Below, in pieces: positions 1 to 12,699 of a stretch of DNA of 64,000 bases; positions within the stretch are counted from its first letter, which is position 1; every line of letters starts with the position of its first letter. Source of the stretch: Pristiophorus japonicus. Lineage: Eukaryota. The stretch spans positions 148,676,001 through 148,740,000 of the forward strand of contig NC_091981.1 of NCBI RefSeq assembly GCF_044704955.1. Reading direction: 5' to 3'. A model generated the notes under the pieces. The model made no database searches. It was not told the DNA's origin and was given only the letters and a program-made list of their open reading frames with translations. The position numbers and the translations under genes are program-made.

Positions 1-1430
1 CGCAGCCTTTCCTCCAATTGCTGCTCCGATAGAGCCATGATGTTTGCGGCTATTGTCGTCATGGCATTGAGCAGCTCTCGACCTATGTCGATGCTGGCCT
101 GTTACAGACGCACCATGTCCTGGTACCTGCCGACAGCAACCAACCTTTTCTAGAAACCAACCTCCGTCGCTGCGACAAAGGTTCTGCAACACTGGGGGTG
201 CCTTGCTGGCGCACCACTTGGTCCCACAGAATCAGAGGAGCCATGGGGGCCTCCCCTGAATACAGACTCCGTGGTGGAGGATGTTCCAGCTGGCCCACAT
301 GGAGCTGGTGTATCCTCCTCCATCTCCACCCCCACCTCCACCTTCACAGGCTCCAGGATCAGCGGCTCTTCCTCTTCCTCTTCGTTTTCTTCATCTCTGC
401 CAGTGGGGAAGTCGGGAGAGGGCTGAGTGACGCCAGAGGTGGAGGCAATGGGTCTGTCATCTGATCTCTCTGTGTCGGTGTGGTCTGAATCATCTGAGTC
501 TGGAAGTACAAAACAACATTTAAAAATGCTTGGCACCAGGGGAGGGGTCAGGGTTACATGAGTACATAGTAAAGTGACTTATCGCAGTCTTACTTAAATG
601 TCCACCACTGCTGCAGTACTGCTTTACAAATCGCAGACAGACAATACATATATGCATTGCGTTACATGCCCCCAACTTTGCAGTACATCACATGAGGCCA
701 ACATTACAGTGCAATAAACTTACATTACATTACATCAGGCTAACATTACAGTTACATTACATGACATGACAGGACCGCAACACAGACTGGATTGTATTCA
801 ACTTACCATCCTGTGTGAGTGGGTCAGCTCCAATGCCGGTGGTCGCACGGTTGCTATCCACAACCAAGGACAGGGCACGGATCTCGATGTCACTCAGAGG
901 CTCTTGGGTTGTGGGTCCTCCCCCCGTACGCCACTGATCGGCTGCTATTACAGATGTCTTCTTCTGCAAAAAGTAAAGTAAATGAAAGTAAAATTCTTCA
1001 ATCCATGTAACATCGCAGATACACAGGGTCATACACACACACACACACACACACACACGAAAACACTGCGTTAATTCTTTTGCCGTTGCCTGAAAGCACG
1101 ATTACATCGTCGTAACTTTAAGATAAATAGCATCATCCGTGTGACACTGAACCTACATTTACATGACACATGGGTGGTGCATAAATAAAATCATTACTTA
1201 CTCTTGCTACCCTCACCAGGTCGTTCCACCTCCTATGGCACCTTTCCCCAGTGCGTTCCAGGGTACTTGTGAGGACACAGCTGCCCGATCTTGTCCCATA
1301 TCCTGTTGTATTCCTTCAGGGGGAGGGGGCATTCCACGGCCACCCTTCGTTAGGTCGGAGTACCTCTCTGTAATATTCTCGAGAAGCACAGGTAATTCCT
1401 TCTTGTCGAAGGCGGGCGCCCTCAACCTCC
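1..1430 (-). pseudogene. Spliced Myb/SANT-like DNA-binding protein gene of a PIF/Harbinger transposon (frameshifted, runs off the window start)
   Basis: Exon 1 (~1430-1202) reads RAPAFDKKELPVLLENITERYSDL...RIWDKIG...RCHRRWNDLVRVAR across frameshifts, followed by GTAAGT. Exon 2 (~964-807) follows TTTTTGCAG, encodes KKTSVIAADQWRTGGGP (RTGGG motif of Harbinger Myb/NAIF1-like proteins) and is followed by GTAAGT. Acidic exon 3 starts at 499 after TACTTCCAG. Confidence 0.8.
1034..1058. repeat. (CA)n microsatellite; a short (TTACA)n tract also lies at ~705-765
   Basis: Directly visible simple repeats within the Harbinger introns. Confidence 0.9.
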
Positions 1431-2784
1431 AGTCCTTTTCAATGTTCCTGCGCTTCGATGTTTTTCAAAAATATTTCTGTAATATTTATATTGTTATGAT
1501 TTTTGCTTTGTAAAATATGTCTTCTTATTCTTCAAACTGTAGAATTATTAGTTGTTATGAATATTTTTTAACTCTGCAATGTGTTTTTAAAGTAACTGCC
1601 TGCTGACTAGCTTGCTGCTTCTTCTCACTCTCTCTCCCCCCTCTTCAACTCACTGTGCACGCATGGGTGACCCCGATCCCTGAAATCGCGGGTATAAAGC
1701 TCCTGTGAAAAAAACGGGGGGGGGGGGAGAAAATCGTGCATGCGCAGTTCAGTGCCGCACCGTCCATCGAAGAGAAAGTCAATCTGGATTGACTACTGGG
1801 TTACATACTGCCCGCTGCAGACCGCTGACATACCGGCAACATAACGCCAAAAAAAATCGACCAATTTTGTCCTCTTTGGTCTCGGTGGTATGCCAGCGGT
1901 TTGAAATGATGCACTGCTGGCACACCACCGAGAAATGGGCGGACTTTATGCATCGACCAATTTCGGTCTCCTGGTGTTTTTGTACTTGCTACATTGGTGA
2001 CTTTCATCTACTCCATCTTTTTAAACAGAGTTGGGTCCCAGCAGACTTATTCCGTAATACTCTCAGCATAGGGAGACACTAATTTGGATTTATGATTCTC
2101 TATGCCATTATTCTTTTATAGTCATTGGGTATTGACATATGTAGAAATCCATCAGTCACTAGAGTTTAGACATAAGTTGGCAAGAACCAATACTGAGGTA
2201 ACCCCAAGTTTGAACAGGGGTATAGCTGATGTCAAAACAGCACAATGGATGGGCAACCTGCCCATTGCTTCTTTAGCCAGGACTAACCTACCCATTAAAG
2301 GGTCAGAAGTTAATGTTTAAAATCTCATTCAAGAGCCTGAGCACGTCATCTAAGCTGTCACTTCAGCACAGTGCTGTATTGTTGGAAGTGCCGTCTTTTG
2401 GATGAGAAAAAGAGGGAAGGAATGAAGGGGAGTTGAAGAACAATGGCCAGGGAAAAGAAGGGTGAGGGGAGGCAAAAGAGGGAGAAGAAAAACAGGATGC
2501 AAAGAGGAGAGAAAGAAATGAAAAGGTGAAGAGAATGCAAGAGGTGAGATACATGGGGAATGCTAATGGAAAGACACATGTCAGGGAATGAACAGTAGAA
2601 GCTAACAAATAGCATTAGCAGACAGGATGGGACAGCAACAGATCAAAGGGTTTTATGTGACAATAGTGAAACATTGCAGACAATGAAGATCTGAGCACAT
2701 GGGATAAAGAAATTATAAGAATGGGAAGAGAGGAGGGAAACACACACCTAGCAACCCAATGATTACAGAGCAAGGTAAGCATAG

Positions 2785-3150
2785 TGCTATAGCATAGTGG
2801 TTATGTGCGGTATCTTGTTATCCAGTAGGCCTGGACTAATGATCCAGAAACATGAGTTCAAATCCAACAACATAATTATAATAAAAAGCTAGTATTACAA
2901 AAGGTAACCATGAAATTACCAGATTGTTGTTAAAAACCCATCTGGTTCACTAATGTCCTGTAGTGAAGAAAATCTGCTGTCCTTACCCAGTCTGGCCTAT
3001 TTTTGACTCCAGACTCACAGCAATGTGTGACTCTGAAATGTCCTCGCAAGCCTCCTGGCTCACTGCCACCTGCTCCAGGGCAATTAGGGATGGGCTATAA
3101 ATGCTGGCCTTACCGGTAACACCCACATCCCAGAAACAAATTTTAAAAAC
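2785..3150 (+). mobile_element. tRNA-derived SINE (MetaSINE-like central domain) with LINE-derived 3' tail
   Basis: A-box-like GCATAGTGG and B-box GAGTTCAAATCC. Central AAAACCCATCTGGTTCACTAATGTCC... block recognised from memory. The 3' tail CAGGGCAATTAGGGATGGGC..TAAATGCTGGCCTT matches the 3' end of the LINE at 31460-33045. Confidence 0.75.
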
Positions 3151-3914
3151 ACATAGTGCAAGACTTAATTTATTGTAAATCTTGCTATCTGGGAACAGCT
3201 TTCTAGTTCAAACATGTTGACTGAAGATAAGAAAATAAATAGTTGAATGCGTTAAAGATATTGCACACATGTGGTGGGGTGGGATCAGTTGGGGATTGCT
3301 GGGGTAGCAAATGATGTAGGCAAAGGATAACCTGTTTCTTTAACACATTGTTGTTATTTGCATTTCTCTTCTGGTGTATTTCTCACCGGATTCCTTTACA
3401 ATTCTGATGCTTTTTCTACTTTGTTCTTCTTTGCAATAATAATCCAGCTCTGAAAGCACTACCGAGTGTAAACAATACTGCAGAAACTCATAAATGAATG
3501 CACAGTTTGCATAGAAGCGATCTGTTCATCTGCATTCACACTGCGCTTTTTCAGAAAGATTTTCAGCCAGAAGGTAGGAAAGCTCAAATATGTGTAGTGA
3601 CAAAGGATTCAATCAATCATGATATATCTCTGAGGGTTAAGCAGCAAACTAAATTGAGAGTTTGATATGATCCAACTTAAATTTATTTATGGACCTAAAT
3701 TTTGATCAGATTTAGGTCATTTCAGGTTTGGAGCCATTGCTTTCTTTATAATATAGAGGGAAATTATATGAGACTATTGAAATGAATATTTGCAAGATCG
3801 TGCGCAATATGTGCCAAAATTTTCAATTTTCACTGCTGTTGCAAACAGAAGTAAATTTAATCCCTATGATGTCAGCAGACACAAACAGTGGGCCAAAAAA
3901 ATTGTATTTGTCCT

Positions 3915-4120
3915 CTTTCCCCCAAAATTTTCCCCTCTTCTCATCAAGGTATTGGCTCAGATTGGAGTGCAGTTCCTTAGGTGTTGGCCACATTTCAGTA
4001 ATTTGCCCAAGTGGCTATATTTCAGCCATGCGTTTGGACCGTGAGTGTTGGGGAGTATCATGATAAAAAGCCTGATCCTATTCTCACCTAATAGTCAGAC
4101 ATGTGCCCTTTTCAGCATGC
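3915..4120 (-). mobile_element. Old AmnSINE2-like SINE fragment
   Basis: Reverse complement resembles the SINE pieces at 11058-11275 and 39215-39480 (GGTGAGAATAGGATCAGGCT...GCCACTTGGGC...GAGGGGAAAATT). Confidence 0.55.
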
Positions 4121-4544
4121 TGTGTGACTCTTTCCCACTTGGCAGCACATTTACCAACTAAATTGGCGAGAATGGGGATAAAATCAACCAGGACACCATT
4201 TATGATCCAGTGACCCCTACTAGAAAATGTGTGTGTGTGTATAGAGGTGTGTGCCTGTGCGTAAGGTATATGTGTGCAGGGAGAGTGGGGGAGGTTTGCA
4301 GGGGGTCTCCATTGCCAGTGCTGTCATTAGACAATTGGGTTAAATTTTGCAGAGGTCCAAAATTTCATGAGGCTTATGGACATCCTTTATTGGTTTCACA
4401 TACACATCACATTTTTCTGGGCCACTGTCCAACAGTGTAAGAGAGTGAATGTGTGAATATGAGTGTCAGCAGGGCGAGGGAAAAGAGAGGCGGAGGAAAA
4501 AAATATAATTGGTCCAATTTGCTTTCATTTGGATTACATTTTCT

Positions 4545-5240
4545 ACTTATCAATTTCCTTCTCTCTTGAAGGCAATGAGCCCTTACCAAGTATCTATCAC
4601 ACCTATGTGGGCCTTGACGGTGAGTGTTAGCAGACTATTTGACCACAGGAAGCAACATAACTGAGCCAGTTCCAGTCCTCACTGAACATGTGCCCTTTCA
4701 GTAGGGATCAGTGTATAGCAATCAGCAGCAAGAACTTCTGATAGTTTTCCCTTTCCTTGCCCATGGTGTTGAGGACAATTATAGTACACCTCATCTTAGG
4801 CAGTCCTTCGAAATCGAGGAAGACTTGCGTCCACTCTAAAAGTGAGTTCTCAGGTGGCTGCACAGTCCAATGTGGGAATTACAGTCTCTGTAACAGATGG
4901 GGCAGATAGTGGTTGAAGGAAAGGGTGGGTGGGGAGCCTGGTTTGCTGCACGCTCCTTCTGCTGTCTGCGCTTGATTTCTGCATGCTCTCGGCGATGAGA
5001 CTCGAGGTGCTCAGTGCCCTCCTGGATGGTCTTCCTCCACTTTAGGCGATCTAGGGCCAGAGATTCCTGGGTGTAGGTGGGGATGTTGCACTTTATCAAG
5101 GAGGCTTTGAGGATGTCCTTGAACATTTCCTCTGCCCATCTGGGACTTGCTTGCCGTGTCGGAGTTCCGAGTAAAGCTACTGGCAGAGACTGGGAATCAA
5201 ACCCAGATGCTTCCTGATCTACAGGGCTCAGATAGTTATT
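4545..5240 (-). mobile_element. AmnSINE2-like SINE interrupted by an RTE insertion
   Basis: SINE body at 4545-4790 and tRNA-like head (GGGAATCAAACCC on + strand) at 5176-5240 flank the RTE. Confidence 0.55.
4791..5175 (-). mobile_element. RTE-clade LINE 3' end
   Basis: ORF FKDILKASLIKCNIP...CPICYRDCNSHIGLCSHLRTH, typical RTE C-terminus; 3' end GGACTGCCTAAGATGA. Confidence 0.9.
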
Positions 5241-8139
5241 GGATAAAGTTGCTACAAAATTAAATATTTTTATTCCAATTAAGAAGCTTCACTTTGAACT
5301 TTACACAACAATTATAACCTCTATCTTATTTAAGTATCCACTCGTAAAAGCTAAAATAATCTTTGCCAACAATCCATCTCTCAATACTACATCAGGCTAA
5401 GCAGTTCAGTGTCAGTGGCATTGATCCCCATACAGGAAGACAACTGTCAGTAATACTAAACATAAAAACCCTATGGTTCAATTTCAACAATTGTATGTAA
5501 AATAAGGTGAATAACCATGTCTGTAATTATTCTTTTTAGTAATGGAAATTCTTTGGTATATTAAAATTTACACAATACTATATAAAAGCCCTTCATTGCA
5601 GAACCCATTCCATGTTTTAAAATGTTTTGCATTTAATAATTCATTAATCAGTGTTCAGGCTTTTATTCTTTTTTTCCACTTTATTTTCTTCTTTTAGATT
5701 CACATCAAGAAATGTGAGAAGCTTTATAAAAAGGGCATTCTGTTCATGAAGTTGTGTTTGATAAATGTTTATTTGTTAATCATATTGCTGTGCATCATCA
5801 TATCACTCGCATTACACGTCACCAGGACACAAATAGTGTAAGTTTCCTCTGGCTCTTTTCTTCTCCAAAACTAAAAAGGGATCAATTTTCTCCTGTTGAT
5901 AATTCGACTGAAAAATCGTTATGAACAGAAAACAAGACTCACGCTGAATCTTCCAGCAAAATTATTGATGGGAGGCCTTTGTTAAACACTTTTTGATGAA
6001 TGTGGTGCCCCTTTAAAGACAAATAACTGGAGTAAAAATAAATGACAGACATACAACCTGGGCTTTAAAAAAATATATTTTATCATGTACAGTATTTACA
6101 AAAGAATTCTTAGCAACTAAAATTGAGAAAAGTTGATAAATGAGAAAGTCTGCTCTGCTGCCACATGTATCTGTCCAGCAACATGCTGTATCGGCAACAA
6201 TACACCCATCGACAAACGGAAAACTTGTTGAATCCCATTTTTGAAAAACGACCAACAAAGACAGACGAAGCCTGTGATGAGCATTCTGCGCAGTTTGAAA
6301 GTTCCCATTTAGTCACCATCTGGCACAACCATAGATTATTTAATGATACAGTCGCACATTCGGTCCATGCTCAGTTTTGAAATACTCTAGATTAGCTGAA
6401 GCTCTCAGCATTTATTCTTGAACAGATTCAAAAAACTGCCAGCTTAGCCTATGTTATTAACTCTGAACTAGTCATAAGCCAAAATAAAATTAGCATCACT
6501 TATTCGACAAGGAGATTATTTTCTCAGGATGATTTAGGGCCTCACATCCTGTACTGACTGTAATTATAATTAGAGAACATAGAGAGAGTCAATTTTCATG
6601 GACTTTTTCCCCCCTATTCATCTCTAATGCTTTTGAAGAAATCAATTTTAACGGATGTGGCCCACCCTGTCTCTCTCTATCAATAGGAGCAAACTGCTAT
6701 ATCTATCTGTCTATTGTTTCACCGCAGGCCTTAGCCAATGGGTGGATTTCAAAATTTGCTTAGAAAAGACTGTTCTGTTGGAAGAGAGGTATCAGATTGA
6801 TGCAGAATTGATATATGAACTTCACTGTGGGATGCCATGCCCCTTTATATTCAGCTGTTGGTGCAGCCAGTAACACTGGACTTGGAAATTACCCACATCT
6901 GTGCCTCTTTTTCAAAGTGCAGATCATTAATATTCTGACAGGAAGGAATTATTTAACTGTTATACTGGCTAAAATGATTGAAGGGCTTGAAGACCTCTTC
7001 TTAACAGGTCAAGCTTTGCCAGTCACCCGGCACTTGTGGTTTTCACATGCAAATAGCTGCCCTGGAACAACTATAGAGCAAAAATGTCTGTTGACACTAC
7101 AGACCCACATGTCTGCATATCCATGATAAAAGAAATGGGAGAGTTACAACACAGTATAGACTCTGGCATTATTCATATCTATCACCTGTCGCTTCTCTAT
7201 TTAGGCACGAAAATAATCTAGAAGACAGCACCAGAAGCTCATGAATAAGCAGCCATTCCAAATGCTGGAATTCAACAAACAATCTCAATTAGTTTTGTTT
7301 TCATCTGCAACAGCCTGATTGTAAAATACATGAGAAGATTCTACATTTGTCACGGTTTAAATAAAGCATTTTAAATGAAAGATGCCTACAAAATAAATGC
7401 TCTTTTTAAATCATTCTGCCAGTTATTATCACTGAGTAAAGTGAAGAGAGTCTAAATTTAGAAAGACACAACTATTTAAACCCTGCTAAATAATTCATTA
7501 AATAGATCACGCAGGTTATTATGCATTCTGAAATGTAGACAGTTTTACATTGGGTACTTTATTATTATGCTGCAAAATATGCAATGTTGTTCATTTTTGA
7601 GGATCGCCTCTGATGGCCCTGCATTGGCTGATCCATTCAGGAAGGTCAAGGCTCATTCACTGATCTGTGGTGAGTTACGTAGGAGGCCGGCCAGGAGTGC
7701 ATTGGAATGGTCAAGTCTAGAGGTAACAAAGGCGTGGATGAGGGTTTCTGCACAGGTGGTGGACTAGACACCCTGATTAAAAAATACTTTTTTGTGATAA
7801 ACCCATTTTCAGCTGTGTTAATAAAACTGTGCCAGGTTACCACTCTTAAATATATCAAGGAATATTTTTTAATGCAAGAAAAAAAATGACATGCTAAAGC
7901 GCTACCCGATGGCGCTGGTACATGGATGATTTTATGTTTGTAAATTATGCAAATTAGTTTTAGTGGAAACTTGAACCATAACTTAATTTCAGAAAACTAG
8001 TGTAATTTTACGCACAATTGAGCCCAGATTGCTGATTGTGGCCAAAGCGCAAATTCTACGGCCTGGTGAGGAAGGATTGGCTTCAGCTATGATGCATCCC
8101 CACAATCGACTAGCCTGCTAACATTAACTTGGTAAAGTA

Positions 8140-8660
8140 ACAAACAATAACAACTTGCATTTATATAGCACCTTTAACCTAGAAAAACATACTAAGGTGC
8201 TTCACAGAAGCGTAATCAGACAAAAATTGACACCGAGCCAAAGGAGGAGATATTAGGAGGGGTGAACAAAAGCGAGGTCAAAGAGGTAAGTTTTAAAAAG
8301 AAGGGAGAAAGGTGGGTAGGTTAAGGAGGGAATTCCAGAGTTTAGGGCCTAGACAGATGAAGGAACTGCCGACAATGGTGGGGCGAAGGAAGTGTGGAAT
8401 GTACAAGAGACCCGAGTTCGAGGAACACAGAGCTCTCAAAGGGTTATAGGGCTGAAAGAGGTTACAGAAATAGGGAGGGGTGAGCCATGAAGGGATTTGA
8501 ACATGAGGATGAGAATTTTAAATTGGAGGCTTAGGGGAACCAGGAGCGAATGTAGGTCAGTGAGGACAGAGGTGATGGGGAATATGATAGAATATGGGCA
8601 GCAGAATTTTGGATGAGCCAATGTTTATAATGGTTGGAAGATGGGGGACTGACTAGAATA
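8140..8660 (-). mobile_element. L2 LINE 3' end (further L2 fragments at ~7600-7770 and 8860-9320)
   Basis: Tail GCTATATAAATGCAAGTTGTT and ORF PITSVLTDLHSLLVPLSLQFKILILMFKSLHG, the L2 C-terminal signature. Confidence 0.85.
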
Positions 8661-9650
8661 GCACTATGGAATCTTTACGTCCACCTGAGTGGGCAGACTC
8701 AGTTTAATGTCTCATGTGGAAGATGACAAGGCAGCACTCCTTCATTACTGCACTGAAATGTGTGAAAATGTCTGTGGAGCAGTGCTTAAATTACAACCTT
8801 CTGACTCAGAGGAAAGAGTACTATCACTGAGAAAAGATCGATACTTTAATGATGGACAGTGTGGTGGAGAGACAGAGCGGTTTAAGGAGAGAATTCCAGT
8901 GTGTGAGGCCTAGACAGGTGACAGCATGACTGCCAATCATGGGTGCAGAGAGGAGAGTCCAGAGTTAGAGGAATGGAGAATGGGACAATGCAGGATAGGA
9001 TATAAGCAGCAAAGTTTTGGATGAGCTGAAATTTACTGCGTATGGAGGATGGGAGACACAAAAGGAGGGCATTGGAATAACTGAGTCTGGAAGTGGCAAC
9101 GGTGTGGATGAAAGTTTCAGTGGCAGATGGACTGTGGTGGGGTGGACCGAGGCAACGTTATAGAGGTGAAAATAAGCAATCTCTATGATGGAAAGGATAT
9201 GGGATTGGAAGCTCATCTCAGTATCGAACAGAACGTCAATGTTGCGAACAACTTGGTTTGGCATGAGACAGGGGCCAAGCAGTGGGGCTGGAGTAAAGAG
9301 TTGGTGCCAAATCTCTCCCACAAACTCCTGCCTCCTTATGACCCACCATGTAAATACAGTAACCAGTGTATTTAAAAAAAAATGTCCTTGAGATGTGAAC
9401 AAAACTGGCAAGCCAGTACTTAATTCCCATCATTGGTTGCCCCGATGGGATTTGAACTCACAATTTGCCATGGTGGGATTCAAACTTACAACCTCTATGT
9501 TACTAGTCCAGTACTATATCCACTAGGCTACTGCACTGTACTGTACTAGAGAGTCATATAGATCAGGTAGGTCCCAGGTTTGATCCAGGTCTGTACGAAG
9601 TTAACTGATTTCAGCTGGGGGAGAAAAAAAAAATCATTCAGGGCCCTCAC

Positions 9651-11057
9651 AACTTGGGGGGTGCCAGGACCGCCCTCCGGGAGCTGCCTGTCTTTTACAG
9701 GGAACTCATCAGGGTCTGGAACAAAGTCTCCACCAAGCGCAGCTCTCCGCCGGCTGGAGTGGCGGCCGTCCTGCAGGAGCCGCTGCTCGGGAATCCGTAC
9801 CTCCACGGCCAAGGTTTTATGTGGCGGTCGGAAGAGAGGGCTGTGGCTGGTGAGGTGACCAGGGTCAGGGACCTGCTCGATGGCGGAGGAGCGGGCTGGA
9901 TGGCGCCAGTCACGCTGGCGCGGCGCCTAAATTCTGCCAACGTCCGCCACGCGGCCGATGCCATCGAGTCGCTAAAAACAGCTCTGGGCCCTGACTCCGT
10001 TAGGTGTATCGAGGAGGCTCAGGCACGTGGGGAGATCCCGTCCGAACTGACCCCCGTCCGGACGGAATTCCTCATCGGCGCCAAACCCCGGAACCTCCCT
10101 CGGGGGCCGGCGCCTCACAACTTGAGCCGCCTCGGGGAAATCCCCTCCGTGCCTTTCAGTTCCGCGCGGAGGGGTTTCCTGTACGGGCTGCTCCTGCACA
10201 CCCTCAACTTTGCCATCCTCGCCGGCCGTCCGGACACGCCATGGCGTACCATCTTGCCGTCCGGAGGAGGCGGGGGTCCCCGATGGAGGGCACTCTACGC
10301 AGGGGTCCTCCCACTATTCATCGGGGACTTGGCCTGGAGGGTGGTGCACGGAGCAGTGCCGTGCAATAAATTTTTAAGCCGGTTCACGGACTCCCAGGCC
10401 GCCTGCAATTTCTGCGGTCTGGAGGAGTCCGTGTTCCATGTTTTTATTGAATGCACGAGGTTGCAGCCCCTGTTCCACTATTTGAAGGGGCTGCTCCTGA
10501 AATTCTGGCTGCACTTCAGTCCCACTCTCCTGATCTTTGGGCACCCTGTGCGGAGGGGAGCGGGTAGGTCCGAAGGCCTCCTCGTAGGACTGCTCCTGGG
10601 CACGGCCAAGGGTGCCATCAGCCGGTCCAGGCAGCGGGCGGTCGAGGGGGTCGTTCAACCTGACTGCCTGCCTCTCTTCCGCTCTTACATCCGGTCCAGG
10701 GTGTCCTTGGAGATGGAGCACGCGGTGTCCACCGGTACGCTCGCGGCCTTCCGCGAGAGGTGGGCACCGGAGGGACTGGAGTGCATCATCACGCCCGGCA
10801 ACCAAATTTTAATTTGATTTTACGTTTTAAAGTTTAATTTGTTTTAATTGCAGGTGCTTTTAGTGTCCCCCTTCCCTTTTATAGGGGGCACTGGGGAAAA
10901 TTGTGATTTTAGTGCCCAAAAAAAACCCAAAAAAAAACAAAACACAAAAAAAACAAAAAAGGGGGGAAAAAAAGGGCCTTGTAAATGTCTGGAGTGTCAC
11001 CCAGGTCGGGTGGCACCGTTTAATGTCTTTATGTTTTGCAGGTAAACTCAAAAGAGT
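9651..11057 (+). mobile_element. 5'-truncated Tx1-clade non-LTR retrotransposon with 14-bp TSD
   Basis: TSD TTCAGGGCCCTCAC at 9637-9650 and 11058-11071. The 3' UTR has GGGGCACT/AGTGTCCCC motifs and ends CAAAAGAGT. Confidence 0.9.
9654..10817 (+). CDS. Tx1-like ORF2 C-terminal part (387 codons open) with zf-RVT/CCHC knuckle; lacks RT and endonuclease
   Basis: DLAWRVVHGAVP...CNFCGLEESVFHVFIEC motif. No stops or frameshifts, GC- and CpG-rich, so a young copy. Confidence 0.85.
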   Translation: MGGARTALRELPVFYRELIRVWNKVSTKRSSPPAGVAAVLQEPLLGNPYLHGQGFMWRSEERAVAGEVTRVRDLLDGGGAGWMAPVTLARRLNSANVRHAADAIESLKTALGPDSVRCIEEAQARGEIPSELTPVRTEFLIGAKPRNLPRGPAPHNLSRLGEIPSVPFSSARRGFLYGLLLHTLNFAILAGRPDTPWRTILPSGGGGGPRWRALYAGVLPLFIGDLAWRVVHGAVPCNKFLSRFTDSQAACNFCGLEESVFHVFIECTRLQPLFHYLKGLLLKFWLHFSPTLLIFGHPVRRGAGRSEGLLVGLLLGTAKGAISRSRQRAVEGVVQPDCLPLFRSYIRSRVSLEMEHAVSTGTLAAFRERWAPEGLECIITPGNQILI

Positions 11058-11473
11058 TTCAGGGCCCTCACTCTTGAACACTATCCACTGACCCCTAGTT
11101 GCAATGTCAGAAGATTGTATCAGTAGCGATACTTCCCCCAGTTGAATAGCTTGATGACAACTCCTGTTTAATGTCACTCATGAAAAATAGTTACTTGAAC
11201 AAGCTTTTAGGTCCCATAGAAGTGTATCATTTCAGCAACTTCAGATGGGAGGGGAGAAAGTAGAGGGGAAAATGCAGTCACTATGTTACAATCCTTAATC
11301 ATCCAGTACAAAAGTCGTCACTTTTCATTTGAGTCGTGACATGGAGTCTGTAAGTGTCCCAACTGTCAACAGCTAATAGCTTACAAGCAGACCTAAAACT
11401 ATCCCATAAAGTACGCAATATACACAATAGAAATGTAACAGGTACTTTTAAAACAGTGCTTTTAAAAGGCATA

Positions 11474-11632
11474 GGGATAGATTTTCAACTTGCCGCCTGG
11501 TCACAAAACTGGCGTTGTGGATTGGCCTCCCATTATAGAAACTGCCTGGTTTTCATTTCCATGAAAATTGACATGGTTTCTATCAAGCGGGCCAATCCAC
11601 AACGCCTGGGTGGTGGGTTGAAAATCTACCCT
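11474..11632. mobile_element. Short hairpin-type MITE (Harbinger-like TIRs)
   Basis: TIR GGGATAGATTTTCAAC / GTTGAAAATCTACCCT and inner arms GGCGTTGTGGATTGGCC / GGCCAATCCACAACGCC. Flanks are ATA and GTA. Confidence 0.75.
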
Positions 11633-12699
11633 GTAATCTAAATCTTGGGTGCACATAAAAGTTACAAAGTGTCATGCTTTGCCCTTGGCAGTTTCTAACA
11701 TTATCTGAACCTTTTGACTAGATTACTGCCAAGGACTCTCAGCTATTCATTATCCTCTCTCTATATATTAGGGAATAACTTTTGAACAACAACACTACTG
11801 GTAAAGTGGCTCAAAGCTAATAAGTCATTGTGGTGGTGAACCTATGCCAAATGTGTGCACTTGTTGATGTCCTGTTGGAATGGAACTTCTATGACCTTCT
11901 AGGCAAATATTCTGGATTCTCAGTACCAATCAGGAGAATATTTAAAGGCTTCAATACAGTCATCTAATTCATGTCAAAACTTGCTGCTTTAAAAAAAATA
12001 CATGGGGCTAGCTTCACCAAATTAAGTATTTGAGATGTACAATCATCTTTTGAAGCAGCACCACACAAATTATTGGTGCATATATCAGACTTTTATGCCA
12101 GCAACACAACAACTATGGCAGCTGCACCTCAGTATTCTGCATTAACTCAAGAATAACAGTAGCACCATTTCTACTGACTGTGGAAGTCCCTCCCAAATTC
12201 TGTCATCCCCGAGGACCTTGGCCCTTGTGTGCAGAAATTTACACATAGTTAAAGTCACTTGCTGAAACATGAAGCTATGGCAAAATTGCCATTGAAACCC
12301 AGCAGAAATTGCTGTCAGCAACCACCTGGGTCAATCATATGAGGCATCTGACTGTATAATGGCACGGCACCCAATATACAAAAAATACTGCTCCCAGAGT
12401 ACCAGTGAGAAGAAGTTCCATATCCACTGCAACTAATTCAGTGATATTGGCAACTGCTGGTGGCGCTAAGTCTCCTAAATGTATATTGGGTTGATAAATG
12501 TGATTAGAACTATTTGCTCACGTGGAGGGCAAATGCTACCGTGAACTGGTTGGGCTGAATGCCCAGTTTCCAGGTTACAGCTTCCACATATTTTTATTTG
12601 CTGCAGAGTGAATTCAGCAACAACGAGAAACTGCAAGCGTGTGAGAATTACACAGGCACAGCGGCTCCAAAGCTGTTCTTGTGTGCTCACAGAGCTGGT

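Larger units (their letters stand above)
9555..11275 (+). mobile_element. AmnSINE2-like SINE split by the Tx1 insertion (pieces 9555-9650 and 11058-11275)
   Basis: Head GGTCCCAGGTTTGATCC..GTTAACTGATTTCAGC continues after the Tx1 copy as CACTATCCACTGACCCCT...GGGAGGGGAGAAA. Confidence 0.6.

Noticed and set aside
2358-2615. Hydrophobic Phe/Leu/Ser-rich ORFs
   Set aside because: Translation of a purine-rich low-complexity tract.
2785-2870. tRNA genes suggested by A/B boxes (also ~9440-9535 and 59575-59620)
   Set aside because: These are SINE heads without cloverleaf stems.
12200-12400. Possible extra transposase remnant on the minus strand (QVVAD-like)
   Set aside because: Similarity is too short to support by eye.
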